Source: Macrostomum lignano (Eukaryota). From it: 64,000 nucleotides of DNA. Shown here piece by piece: positions 24,639-36,624 of this stretch (positions within the stretch are counted from its first letter, which is position 1; every line of letters starts with the position of its first letter). The notes under the pieces are model-generated. The model was not told the origin of the DNA. It worked only from the letters and a program-made list of their open reading frames with translations, and searched no databases. The position numbers were made by a program, and so were the translations under genes. The stretch is taken from positions 64,127 through 128,126 of the forward strand of contig NIVC01002974.1 in the NCBI GenBank assembly GCA_002269645.1, in the 5' to 3' direction.

Positions 24639-25797
24639 GCATTGCGCAGTGGTGGACTGTTTCTTACATTTGACTAAATGAGTTCCCAATCCTGGCTGGA
24701 GTAAGTTGGCTCTCGCTACTCTAGCGAACGGCTGCTCTATCGAACGGCTACTCTAGCGAACGGCTGCTCTGGCGAACGGCTGCTCCATTTCATGACTCAC
24801 TGTCGAGTACTTCTGTTACCTTCATCGCCACGTTGCATGCGGCACCCCAGCCTCAGCTCTTTTGTCCTCGCTGTCCTTATCGATTTACAGAATTTTTCTT
24901 CTAATAACTGTGTGAAGCTACTGTAGTTAGTAGCGCTTGCAAAGCTTGCAGGAGTAGAATTACCTGGTAGTTTAGTGATTGATGATTAGCGATTATGTTA
25001 AAATATCAACTCTCAGTGTCAGAAAAACAATAGGAGGAAGTCCGCAAATGACTAAAAACTTTCATTGCAATGAACTGAGGAATTATATTGATACAAAAAG
25101 TACTTCAAATAATAAGTTCGCAATTCTGTCTTGACTAAATAAATTTCACCAGTACGAACCACTAAATTAAATTGAATCAAAAAGTGCATTGAAAGGTGAG
25201 TACTCGTAAGTTTCGGGCTTCAAAAAAGAAATGTAAAATCCTGTGTCCTTTGCAAAAAACTGAAGGTGTGCAGAATTCGGCGGCCAGCCGCTTGTATCCG
25301 AGTAGCAGGAAAGTTGAGTCTTCAAAAGATTACAAAGCTGCTGTTTGAGAGGGAACCAAAGGCAATAAATAACTATAACACGCCAATCAATTTCTCTGGT
25401 TTTGAATCCTGACAAAAATATCCGATTGCACGTAAAACTACTCTGTTCTAATCAACAATTAACAGAACAAAAGCAGAAATCGAATGCCTAACACACAGAA
25501 GTGCATTCGCAAAGATTATAAAGGAAAGTACATTAAAACATTTTGGTAAAAGTAAAAAAGGTTTAGCATTTTCGGATGAGAAGCAAAAATAGGTTCGCGT
25601 TCAATTTCGGCCAGTTGATTTCAGACGCAGACGTCTACAGCTGTTAGTACTTTGAGTACTTTTGAGTACTTTAAAGTCTTTGAGTAGGCTTAGGTATGCT
25701 TGCTAGTTGACACTGTTTGTTTTGATTTGCCTCTAAATTTCGGTTCTTACAGCTCGTCTGCTCTGCTCAGCTGCACCAGCACCTGCTTCATTCGCAC

Positions 25798-26623
25798 TCA
25801 GCCACGGACAAAGAAGTCGCCGCTGCTTTCGCTGCTGAAGGCGGCCGGGACCGCAGCATACTCCAGCAGGTGGCACAGGCGCTGCTGCTGGCTGAAGATC
25901 ACCGCCTGGCAACCGGAACTTTTACTGGAGCACAGAGACACGCACTTGATCCGACTCGGAGCGCTCACAGTCGTAAAGTTCAGCGCATCAGGGATGTTGA
26001 GTTCGACGAAATTCCGGTTGCCGCGAACAAAGAAGTCATTACCTTCGATTTGCAATGAAATAATTTGAAGTTGAGTTGAGTTGAGCCACTGAAAGGCATC
26101 TGATTGTCTGCTTAAAAGTTTGTTTGTCTGGCGCCAAAATCCAATGCAGCAACATACGAAGAACAAAAATTAAACAAGTGGCCACCAGCAGCAGCAACTC
26201 ACCGTTCGTGTAGCTCAGCCGGAGCACCCGGTTTCGCCACATACCTCCGCAGTTCTGGCCCCAGTTTCCACTGCAGGTATCGCTGCACTCCCAGTAAGGA
26301 GCAGCGCCCTGCGACCCGTAGGAGTTGCCGCAGTGGCACCAGTACGCGGCCTGCAGAGCCGCGAACTGGAAGCCGCCCAGAGCGCAGGCGCTGCTGCACA
26401 CCTCGCGAGTCATCTGACCGCAGTTGATAGAATCGTATATCTGAGATACCTCGGAGCTGCCGATCCGTGTGAGGCCGATGTTCTTCATGCCACCGACGTC
26501 TCTCACGCCATTCGTGCCGTCAACGAAGCAGCCGAGGTCCGAGATCTGGAACTCCCGGCAGAGAGCGGCGCAGATCAGGCAGCTCAGGATCGGAGCAGCG
26601 CAGAGGATCCGGCAGAGAGGCAT
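25798..26623 (-). CDS. Secreted WSC + PAN/apple domain protein (copy B), at least 2 exons
   Basis: Hydrophobic signal peptide, WSC signature (LGCFVD...CSSACALGGFQFAALQAAYWCHCGN...CSDTCSGNWGQNCGG..RNRV) and donor GTGAGT at 26202. In-frame acceptors at 26100 or 26043. Exon 2 reads CVSLCSSKSSGCQAVIFSQQQRLCHLL (PAN-like), stop at 25798. Confidence 0.8.
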
Positions 26624-27647
26624 GGCCAGGCTGGGTTTGTCAGTTTGGCAGAAGATTGCCGAATCTCTGTGCGAGAGAGAGGCTAAATAACAGCAGCCTT
26701 ATTGATGCGTTGCCATGGAGACTCTCAGCAGGCAGCGGCTTGCATATCGGTAAACAGAGCTCTGTCAGATGATGCATTAGTCGGATTGAAATCCATCAGC
26801 TCCATACATTAACTCTGTGATTATTCAGAATCAGTGAGCTGTGAGATCATTCGGAGCCTCAAATTGCTTTTTCACTGCAACATCAAGCTTGCAGCAGCTG
26901 CTCACAGATGCATGAGCTTTAGTCGAGATCTATTATCGGTTGCGCAGGTGTTGTCGAAGCCACAAGGCCCACCGTCAGTTTGCATCAATAAATGAATTTA
27001 ATTCTACTGCAGCGCTCAGTTCGTGAGTTAGAGATGATAGAGCAGAGTGGCGATGCATGAATAGGACAGACTGAAGCTCTGAAGATTTTAAAATTTTTCG
27101 GAAGAAATAAATGAGAAAATTTTTTTTTATCAGCTAAAAAGCTTGGGACTCAGTTAGTCAAATGTAAGCAGCATTCGCCCACTGCGCAATGGTGTTGCTT
27201 AACGGAATGTAGAACAAAGCAATTTTTTTTAATGAAACGTCCCGAAGAGTCAGGTGCATGCAACACTGGGAGTCGAGGGATGCCCAGTTGCACGAAGGAA
27301 ACACAGGCTTACTGATCAATTTTGTTCAATAAAATATTCCAAACCCTGCTGTGCCGCATCAAAAGGCCCAGAGGCATCAAATACGCTTGTTACCGCCTGA
27401 GCGGAGAGCGGAGCCCGAGAGTGATCCTGGCGGCTCATCAGGCTGATGACAATTCTTCTCCAGCGTGTGTAACATGACTTGAAGTTTTCTGTGATTTTTT
27501 AACCGAAATAAATTGAGGACTTTTTACAGGGCTTCCAGCTCTGCATCTTCCGGACCGAGTTTTGCTGCCCATCAGCAGAGCAGAGCAGGAGCTGCTGCAG
27601 CCACCGGGCGTGTCAGGCTCTCACACCACGAGCCTTGCTTCCATTCT

Positions 27648-28173
27648 GGGGGGTCTTTCTCGAAAGCAACTTACGATCGACCATAGACGTAAGTTGGGTA
27701 AGCTACACTTACGGGTTGCTCGAAGGGCTCGCAAGTTAGCTATGCGTAAGATTGATCGCAACTTTACGAGTTCGTAACTTTGCGCAAAAGACTGTTTCTC
27801 GAAACGTTCGTATGTCTATGGTCTTTCGTAAGGTTGATCTTAACCCTACGACTGCTCGGTATCAGTCGTAAGACGCACTTAAGCACTAATCGCATAGTAC
27901 GTGAAGCTTTAGTCAAGCCAAGTCAAGTTAAACTTTATCGAAGGTGGGTCTTTCTCGAAAGCAACTTACGATAGACAAAGTAAAGATATTTACAGATTTA
28001 TGACCATAGACATGCAACTTTTCGTTTCAGATACGACTTACGAACAGCGTAAGCCACGCAAAGTCTAAGTGAGTTTTGAGAAAGCGTCTTACGAGCAAAC
28101 TTACGCTACACGTAAATTTCTTTCTTACGATCTAACTTACCATAGAATTTACGTGAGTTTCGAGAAACACCCC
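27648..28173. mobile_element. MITE (about 525 bp), Harbinger-like G-rich TIRs
   Basis: TIRs GGGTCTTTCTCGAAA / TTTCGAGAAACACCC. Absent at the paralogous site (about 46925, ccattccgtgcgcgg). TSD not resolved. Confidence 0.8.
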
Positions 28174-29409
28174 TTGTGCGCGGTCATATAAGGTTGAGGC
28201 TTGTGCGACAAAAGTTCACAGACGTTCCATTGGGACGCAACTCCGACTTTAATTTTTTGACTGACCGACACAAGAGACGGAAAATCAGGCCGAGACCATC
28301 TTTTTTATGGTCGGTATCGTCGGGTCGATTTTAAACGAAAAAATAGCACGAATCATGCACAAACTTTTCTCTCCGATTTTCATCGACATTCAACTGTATC
28401 AGTAGGACCGACTTCGGCACGAATTCCGGAGAACGAACAACGGAGAATGTGAAAAGCACTGAGGTAGAGGTATTTAAGATTTTTCAAGTCGCTGTAAGAA
28501 AAGCAACTAAAAGAATGGTGCAAAAATTCAAGAGATTTAAGAAATCGCAAGTTTGTCGAAAACATTATTTTGGTGGGGCATAGACTTGAGCCGCAATGGT
28601 CTTGGTGCTGCTGTTATGGGATAGCGGGGGAAACATAACATGCTGTGCTAGTGTTGCAGAGAATTTAATTTTTCAAATTTAAGGACAGACAGTCCCTCTG
28701 GAGGCAATCCCGATTGTTGGCAATGGTGTCATTCCACCATGCACTGTCAGTTGCGCTCTCTGCAAACTTATCTTTGCTACGATACTACGATACTAGTCAC
28801 CCTTACGCCATTGGCCTGTCCCCAAATTCTTGAAATGATCCGAAAGTGCACCCTATTCTGATACTCATTCTATACTTGGCATTGGTACAAATTGGTACAG
28901 ATTGGTACAAAAGTCTCAGACAGCCAGCCGACTTTCTAGGGTGAAAATCATGTCCTAAACGGTTCAAAGTCGGACCGAAAGTGCATTTCATGAATTTTGG
29001 CCCGAAATCGAACTAACAGCCCGCAAAATGTCGGAGTTGCGTCCAACGACGCAACTCGCCCAATTATTGTCGTGCGATTCGCCGAGTGTACAAGCCTGAC
29101 GATCAGAAAGTCAGGGCCGCTGTACATCCTGTGTGTGCTTGCGTACAGTATTGGTGTGACCAAGGAGTCCGCGAAATGGGCAGGATTGACTCAAGAGAGC
29201 CTGAGGCATCGATCCAAGTCAACTGCTGGCAAACTGATCTGTAAACAGCGTGTAGAATAAGAGATTATTAAGCAAAATTAAATCAGCAATTCAGAATTCG
29301 CTGCGCTATGGTAAATATGGATGATTGGAATTGCACATTCGAGCTCGAACACTGCGATTCATAAGGCAATCAATGGTGACAGACGACAGGCAATCGCTTG
29401 TCTTTGCAA

Positions 29410-30480
29410 AGCTGGCTGTGTTTCTGTTTGTGTCTGTCTGTCGCAGTGTCTGCCAGTCCCAGTGTCTGCCAGTCCCAGTGTCTGCCTGTCCCAGTCTCTG
29501 CCTGGCCCTGCCTGTCCCTGCCTGTCCCAGTGTCTGCCAGTCCCAGTGTCTGCCTGTCCCTGCCTGTCTCTGCCTGTCCCAGTGTCTGTCTGTCCCAGTG
29601 TCTGTCTGTCCCAGTGTCTGTCTGTCCCAGTGTCTGTTTGTCCCAGTGTCTGTCTGTCCCAGTGTCTGCCTGTCCCAGTGTCTGACTGTCCCTGCCTGTC
29701 CCAGTGTCTGCCTGTCCCTGCCTGTCCCAGTGTCAGCCTGTCCCAGTGTCTGTCTGTCCCAGTGTCTGTCTGTCCCAGTGTCTGTCTGTCACAGTGTCTG
29801 CCTGTCACAGTGTCTGCCTGTCCCTGCCTGTCCCAGTGTCTGCCTGTCCCAGTGTCTGCCTGTCCCAGTGTCTGTCTGTCCCAGTGTCTGTCTGTCCCAG
29901 TGTCTGTCTGTCCCAGTGTCTGTTTGTCCCAGTGTCTGTCTGTACCAGTGTCTGCCTGTCCCAGTGTCTGCCTGTCCCAGTGTCTGCCTGTCCCAGTGTC
30001 TGTCTGTCCCAGTGTCTGCCTGTCCCTGCCTGTCCCAGTGTCTGCCTGTCCCAGTGTCTGTCTGTCCCAGTGTCTGTCTGTCCCAGTGTCTGTCTGTCCC
30101 AGTGTCTGCCTGTCCCAGTGTCTGTCTGTCCCAGTGTCTGTCTGTCCCAGTGTCTGTCTGTCCCAGTGTCTGTTTGTCCCAGTGTCTGTCTGTCCCAGTG
30201 TCTGCCTGTCCCAGTGTCTGCCTGTCCCAGTATCTGTCTGTCCCAGTGTCTGCCTGTCCCTGCCTGTCCCAGTGTCTGCCTGTCCCAGTGTCTGTCTGTC
30301 CCAGTGTCTGCCTGTCCCAGTGTCTGTCTGTCCCAGTGTCTGTCTGTCACAGTGTCTGCCTGTCACAGTGTCTGCCTGTCCCTGCCTGTCCCAGTGTCTG
30401 CCAGTCCCAGTGTCTGCCTGTCCCAGTCTCTGCCTGGCCCTGCCTGTCCCTGCCTGTCCCAGTGTCTGCCTGTCTGTCTT
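29410..30480. repeat. GTCT/GTCC-based minisatellite (CTGTCCCAGTGTCTG[CT]) downstream of ASL copy 1
   Basis: Tandem array; paralog at 47960-49070. Confidence 0.97.
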
Positions 30481-31039
30481 TCGGTCTGTCAGTCAGTGAG
30501 GCGGTTCATCCATATCTTATGTTTTCACTCTTAAAATCTCTTCTCGTCTCAATGAAGATAAAGGTTAGGAGTTGTAAATCAGGTGAACAATTAAGGTCAT
30601 ATAACCATTCGAAATCAGCATAAGAATCACACATCATAAAAAATGATTAGAAAATTTCAGCAGAAAATGGTTGAACCTAAGAATCAAGCAGAATTCCGCA
30701 TACCAGTTGGCCTGAAGATTCGCATTTATCATGCCAGTGAATCGTGATGAACTGCATGCAATTTTATTAGTACTCATAGAGCTAGCAGAAACGCGATGAT
30801 ACCTGCAGTGATTTGCCTAATTCAGCTAAATATTGCAGTTGTCAGAAAGTTTCTGTTTCAATCATCTCGTTCGTCACTTCTGCTCGTCCCCCAGCCACCG
30901 CCTGAAGGCAGCCACCTGCTGGCGAACGGACTCCAGGGCGGTGCCGCCGAAGGCGCCGTACTGCTCAACGCTCGTCTCAAAGTCCCACAGCTGGGTGACT
31001 TCTTCGCCGAATTTCTCGCTGCGGGATGATTGGGGACAG

Positions 31040-31120
31040 AGGTCAGTCAGTCAGTGGTCAGTCAGTCAGTCAGTCAGTCAGTCAGTCAGTCAGTCAGTCA
31101 GTCAGTCAGTCAGTCAGTCA
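31040..31120. repeat. (CAGT)n in an ASL intron
   Basis: Direct observation; the paralogous array at 49629-49819 is longer. Confidence 0.95.
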
Positions 31121-31513
31121 GCTGCTCACCTGACAGTCTGGAAGTCCTCAAAGGTCAGCTGGTGCAGCTGGCAGACCTTGGCTTCGGCCAGCGCCACGCA
31201 ACGCCCGGAGGCGGCGTGGGCCTCTCTGAACGGCACCCCGCGGCGCACCAAATAGTAGGCCAGATCCGTGGCCAGCATGTCGCAGCTGAGGGCGCCGGCG
31301 CAGGCCTCCGGGTGCACCGTCAGGGTGGCCACCACGCCGTCGGCGATTCGAACCACGGCTGACACGGTGTCAGCTGAGTCGAACAAGCCCTCCTTGTCCT
31401 CCTGCAGGTCCTTGTTGAAGGCGCTGGGCAGGGACTTCTGCACCATGAGCAGGGACACCAGGTGGCCGCACAGCCGTCCGGTTTTGCCGCGGATGAGCTC
31501 CAGACTGTCCGCG

Positions 31514-31545
<32 letters not shown>

Positions 31546-31754
31546 GCTGTACGCGTCCGACAGCGTGACGAAGCCGAACTCCTTGCTGCAGAAGAGGATC
31601 AGGTCCTCGGCGAGGCGGCTCAGGTGGTTGCCAATCATGGCGGCCGCGAACTGGAACTCCGAGGCGAAGTCGCGGTCCGCCACGGCGTCCAGACTGTTCC
31701 AGGTGACCCCAGAGGTGAAGCCGAGGGCGTCTGGGATTTTTGATGGGGCTGGTT

Positions 31755-33110
31755 AATACCTGTTAACGATTCTAAGAATACCTGTAGACCATTCTAAGAA
31801 TACCTGTTGACAATTCTGAGAATACCTGTTCACGATTCTAAGAATACCTGTAGACCATTCTAAGAATACCTGTTGACAATTCTGAGAATACCTGTTCACG
31901 ATTCTAGGAATACCTGTAGACCATTCTAAGAATACCTGTTGACAATTCTGAGAATACCTGTTCACGATTCTAAAAATACCTGCTCACGATTCTAAGAATA
32001 CCTGTAGACCATTCTAAGAATACCTGTTAACGATTCTAAGAATACTTGTAGACCATTCTAAGAATACCTGTTAACGATTCTAAGAATACCTGTAGACCAT
32101 TCTAAGAATACCTGTTAACGATTCTGAGAATACCTGTTCGCGATTCTAAGAAGACCTGTTCACGATTCTAAGAATACCTGTTAACGATTCTAAGAATACC
32201 TGTTAACGATTCTAAGAATACCTGTTTACGATTCTAAGAATACCAAACCCTAATTCCGCACACCCCAATTCCTAACACCCAATACCCCACACCCCAATAC
32301 CCCACACCCTAATTCTCCACACCCAAATACCCCACACCCAAATACCCCAACACCCCAATTCCCAACATCCAATACTCCACAACCCTATTCCTCACACCCA
32401 AATACCTCACACCCCAATTCCCAACATCCAATACTCCACACCCCTATTCCTCACACCCTTATTCCCCACACTCCAATTTCCCCACACCCAATACCCCACA
32501 CCCAAATTCCCCACACCCCATTTCTCCACACCCCAATACCCCACACCCCAACTCCCCACACCCCAATTCTCCACACCCCAATTCTCCACACTCCAATACC
32601 CCACACCCCAATACCCCACACCCGAATTCCCAACACCCAATTCCCTACACCCCGATTCCTAACACCCAAATACGCCACACTCCAATACCCCACACCCAAA
32701 TTCCCCACACCCCATTTCTACACACCCCAACTCCCCACACCCAAAGTCCCCAATACCCCACACCCCAACTCCCCACACCAAATTCCCCACACCCCAATTC
32801 TCCACACCCCAATTCTCCACACCCCAACTCCCCACACCAAATTCCCCACAACCCAATTCTCCACACCCCAATTCTCCACACCCCAATACCCCACACCCCA
32901 ATACCCCACACCCGAATTCCCAACACCCAATTCCCAACACTCAATTCCCAACACCCAATTCCCCACACTCCGATTCCCCACACCCAATTCCCAACACCCA
33001 ATTCCCAACACCCAATTCCCCACACCCCGATTCCCCACGCCCAATTCCCCACACCCCGATTCCCCACACCCAATTCTCCACATCCCGATTCCCCACACCC
33101 AATACCCCAT
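31755..33110. repeat. ASL intron arrays: 22-bp unit (ATTCTAAGAATACCTGTT..., 66-bp higher-order repeat) then a C-rich ~15-bp unit (CCCCACACCCAATT)
   Basis: Direct observation; 22-bp array about 31755-32243, C-rich array about 32245-33110. Confidence 0.95.
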
Positions 33111-33360
33111 CCCTCGCCCTACCGGCCAACGCCTGCCTGTCCACCTCGAAGACGTTGCCGGCCAGGGCGCCGCTGCCCAGCGGGCACACGGCGGTGCGGG
33201 CCCGGCAGTCGGCCAGTCTCTGGCAGTCCCTGCGCGGCATGGAGGCGTAGCTGAGCAGCCAATGGGACCAGCGCACCGGCTGGGCCCGCTGCAGGTGGGT
33301 GTAGCCCGGCATGAGCACGCCGGTCTCCGACTCCGCCCGGCTCACCAGGGTGTTGATGAG

Positions 33361-34330
33361 ATAATGAGGGGTCAGTCCCCCCTAAGCTACCTGGATAATG
33401 AAGGGTCAGTCCCCCCTAAGCTACCTGGATAATGAGGGGTCAGTCCACCCTAAGCTACCTGGATAATGAGGGGTCAGTCCCCCCTAAGCTACCTGGATAA
33501 TGAGGGGTCAGTCCCCAAGCTATCTAGATAATGAGGGGTCAGTCCCCAAGCTACCTGGATAATGAGGGGTCAGTCCCCCCTAAGCTACCTGGATAATGAG
33601 GGGTTAGGCCCCCCTAAGCTACCTGGATAATGAGGGGTTAGGCCCCCCTAAGCTACCTGGATAATGAGGGGTCAGTCCCCCCTAAGCTACCTGGATAATG
33701 AGGGGTCAGTCCCCCCTAAGCTACCTGGATAATGAGGGGTCAGTCCCCCCTAAGCTACATGGATAATGAGGGGTCAGTCCCCAAAGCTATCTAGATAATG
33801 AGGGGTCAGTCCCCCCTAAGCTATATGGATAATGAGGGGTCAGTCCCCCCTAAGCTACCTGGATAATGAGGGGTCAGTCCCCCCTAAGCTACCTGGATAA
33901 TTAGGGGTCAGTCCCCCTAAGCTACCTGGATAATGAGGGGTCAGTCCCCCCTAAGCTACCTGGATAATGAGGGGTCAGTCCCCCCTAAGCTACCTGGATA
34001 ATGAGGGGTCAGTCCCCCCTAAGCTACCTGGATAATGAGGGGTCAGTCCCCCCTAAGCTACATGGATAATGAGGGGTCAGTCCCCCCTAAGCTACCTGGA
34101 TAATGAGGGGTCAGTCCCCCCTAAGCTACTTGGATAATGAGGGGTCAGTCCCCTAAGCTACATGGATAATGAGGGGTCAGTCCCCCCTAAGCTACCTGGA
34201 TAATGAAGGGTCAGTCCCCCCTAAGCTACCTGGATAATGAGGGGTCAGTCCCCCCTACGCTACCTGGATAATGAGGGGTCAGTCCCCCCTAAGCTACCTG
34301 GATAATGAGGGGTCAGTCCCCAAGCTACCT
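33361..34330. repeat. About 34-bp minisatellite (GATAATGAGGGGTCAGTCCCCCCTAAGCTACCTG) in an ASL intron
   Basis: Direct observation; paralog at 51688-51968. Confidence 0.97.
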
Positions 34331-34849
34331 GCACATCAAGAGCGCTAGCTCAGGCTGAGGTGCCGCATCCCTCTCCCCAGCCCCACCTGGTCATTCCTGC
34401 TCCGCCCGGTGTGCAGCTTGGCGGCCGGGGCGCCCACCAGCTCCTTGAGGCGGCGCTCATTGGCGGTGTGGATGTCCTCGTCAGACGGCGCCGGGACGAA
34501 GCTGCCGGACTGCCATTCGGCGGCCACCAGATCCAGGCCGCGGTGCAGCTCGGAGGCCTCCGCCTCGGTCAGGAGGCCCGCGCCAACCAGCGCCGTGGCG
34601 TAGGCGCGGCTGCCGCGCAGGTCCTGGCGCCACATCCGCTTGTCGAAGGACAGGGAATCGTTGAACGCCTGCATGAGCGGGTCCAGGCCGCCTGTGAACC
34701 GGCCGCCCCACAGCTTGGACTCGGACACCTGCGAGGGTTCGGGATTTTTTTTTAGAGGCAGGGGGGTTGTGTGCACCCTGGCGCACTTTAAGCGACATAG
34801 CACACAACCGGCGAGAGGCATTACTGCCCATTCCGCCGACTCCCCTGAA

Positions 34850-35104
34850 CAGGCATACAAGCGCGCGGATACGTACGCAGGCACACACTCACACAGGAGT
34901 GTACAGCGGCCCTAACTTTATATTATCGTTAGGCATGTACACTTCACTGTGCCTTGGGGGGTTGGCTCTCAAGGCCGTTAATTGCACGAGCAGAGCCAAG
35001 CCGAGATTCCAAATCGGCCCTAAATTAATGTGACTGCACTTGGAATCGAGCCTGGGTCGCTGGCACACCAGAGCCTGCGCTAGACCGCTGGGCTACGGCT
35101 CCCC
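34850..35104 (-). mobile_element. tRNA-derived SINE immediately 5' of ASL copy 1
   Basis: Minus-strand head has A box TAGCCCAGCGG and B box GGCTCGATTCC. The body core gggccgctgtaca..tcctgtgtg..tgcgtac recurs at about 29105-29160, 47465-47520, 52490-52744 and 53400-53480. Confidence 0.7.
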
Positions 35105-35629
35105 TTGAGGGTTCGGGATGGTCCGAGCCGTAATTATTGTTGTCAAAAACTTTACCGTGACAAGAATAGCTAGAGTCATTGAAAAAACTCTCTAGTGACT
35201 CTAGCGACTTCGAGGCAACTCGTGTGACTTTTAACGACTGTTAGGCGACTGTTGCGTCACAAGACTTGTAGAATCATATAAGAGCCGTTCAAGAATCTTT
35301 GTGTTAGCGCTTAACTTTCGCTAGAGATGCTATTCTAATTCATCAAGCGACGCAATGCGCTTCAAACGCAACTCAGTGACTCTACAGCGACTCTGGCACG
35401 CCTCAGGTACGACTTTACCCCTCATTATCCTCAGGTACGACTAGAGTCAGTTCAGAGTCGCAGGCTAAAAAACGCTTCAAAGCGATTCTTAAACGACTCT
35501 TTAACGACTTTTTGGCGTCTTGCACCGTGACATCTCATCGTTTTAGAGTCGTTTAGAGTCACTTATTTCCAATTTTACCTGTGTCATCTGCAACGACTAT
35601 GGGGCGACGCTAGTGACTCTTCTCGGGAC

Positions 35630-36326
35630 GCTTCTTGGCCTGGATCCCTTTTTCATGGGGCTGTGAGCTTCTTGGCCTGGATCTCTTTTTCATGGGGCTG
35701 TGAGCTTCTTGGCCTGGATCCCTTTTTCATGGGGCTGTGAGCATCTTGGCGCAGCGCATCTTGGCCTGGATCCCTTTTTCATGGGGCTGTGAGCTTCTTG
35801 GCCTGGATCCCTTTTTCATGGGGCTGTGAGCATCTTGGCCTGGATCCCTTTTTCATGGGGCTGTGAGCATCTTGGCCTGGATCCCTTTTTCATGGGGCTG
35901 TGAGCTTCTTGGCCTGGATCCCTTTTTCATGGGGCTGTGAGCTTCTTGGCCTGGATCCCTTTTTCATGGGGCTGTGAGCATCTTGGCCTGGATCCCTTTT
36001 TCATGGGGCTGTGAGCATCTTGGCCTGGATCCATTTTTCATGGGGCTGTGAGCTTCTCGGCCTGGATCCCTTTTTCATGGGGCTGTGAGCATCTTGGCCT
36101 GGATCCCTTTTTCATGGGGCTGTGAGCATCTTGGCGCAGCGCATCTTGGCCTGGGTCCCTTTTTCATGGGGCTGTGAGCATCTTGGCCTGGATCCCTTTT
36201 TCATGGGGCTGTGAGCATCTTGGCCTGGATCCCTTTTTCATGGGGCTGTGAGCATCTTGGCCTGGATCCATTTTTCATGGGGCTGTGAGCATCTTGGCCT
36301 GGATCCCTTTTTCATGGGGCTGTGAG
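35630..36326. repeat. 37-bp minisatellite (CTTGGCCTGGATCCCTTTTTCATGGGGCTGTGAGCAT)
   Basis: Period 37 (35834 vs 35871); shorter paralog at 53183-53385. Confidence 0.97.
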
Positions 36327-36624
36327 CTGCTGAACCAGTTTCCATTGTCAGAGAACAGGATTGTTAGATAAAAAATCCAAAATTCAAAGAGAGAACTGTG
36401 TGGTTTGCCAAAACTTCAACTTGCGCAGCATAAGGCAAGCCGCTTAAATCTGGACAGCATGAAATTTGAGTCCCGGACAAATCATATAGCTGCTGTTTGG
36501 GGAGGAAAAAAAGAAGGGAATAAATAATTATGACGCATCGTGATGACTTCCGCTTAATACAGAGATTATGAAAACATCCGATCGCACTCAAAACAGTTAC
36601 TCTTTTCTTCTCAACGGCAATTAA

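Larger units (their letters stand above)
30874..34728 (-). pseudogene. ASL: Argininosuccinate lyase, copy 1 (probably disabled)
   Basis: Exons 34728-34387 (KLWGGRF...HTGRSRNDQ), 33360-33123 (partial, [12 protein letters not shown]), 31730-31130 ([12 protein letters not shown]) and 31018-30874. The acceptor and first 23 codons of the YTHLQ exon are missing, and there are substitutions SML>SMP and NPFG>NVFE relative to copy 2. Confidence 0.85.

Noticed and set aside
25167-25415. Possible third WSC exon conserved with 36364-36540 (acceptor-like ...aaacag|cag)
   Set aside because: It lies after the stop codon and the differences are not biased toward synonymous sites; at most a UTR exon or old flanking homology.
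29321-30623. Long Cys/Pro-rich or DRQTLGQ-repeat ORFs (also 47901-49242, 55273-56436 and 58047-59189)
   Set aside because: They are open in several frames on both strands because the repeat units lack stop codons; there is no unique domain or splice context.
31755-32243. Heat-shock element array
   Set aside because: The spacing is TTC-N3-GAA, not the TTC-N2-GAA of heat-shock elements.
30874-34728. Bacterial argH or horizontal transfer
   Set aside because: The gene has GT-AG introns, and its C-terminus (SVEQY..FGGT) resembles animal ASL.
35031-35104. tRNA gene (also a B-box-like GGGTTCGAATC at about 8398)
   Set aside because: A/B boxes are present but I could not fold a clean cloverleaf, and the sequence continues into a repeated body, so it is treated as a SINE head.
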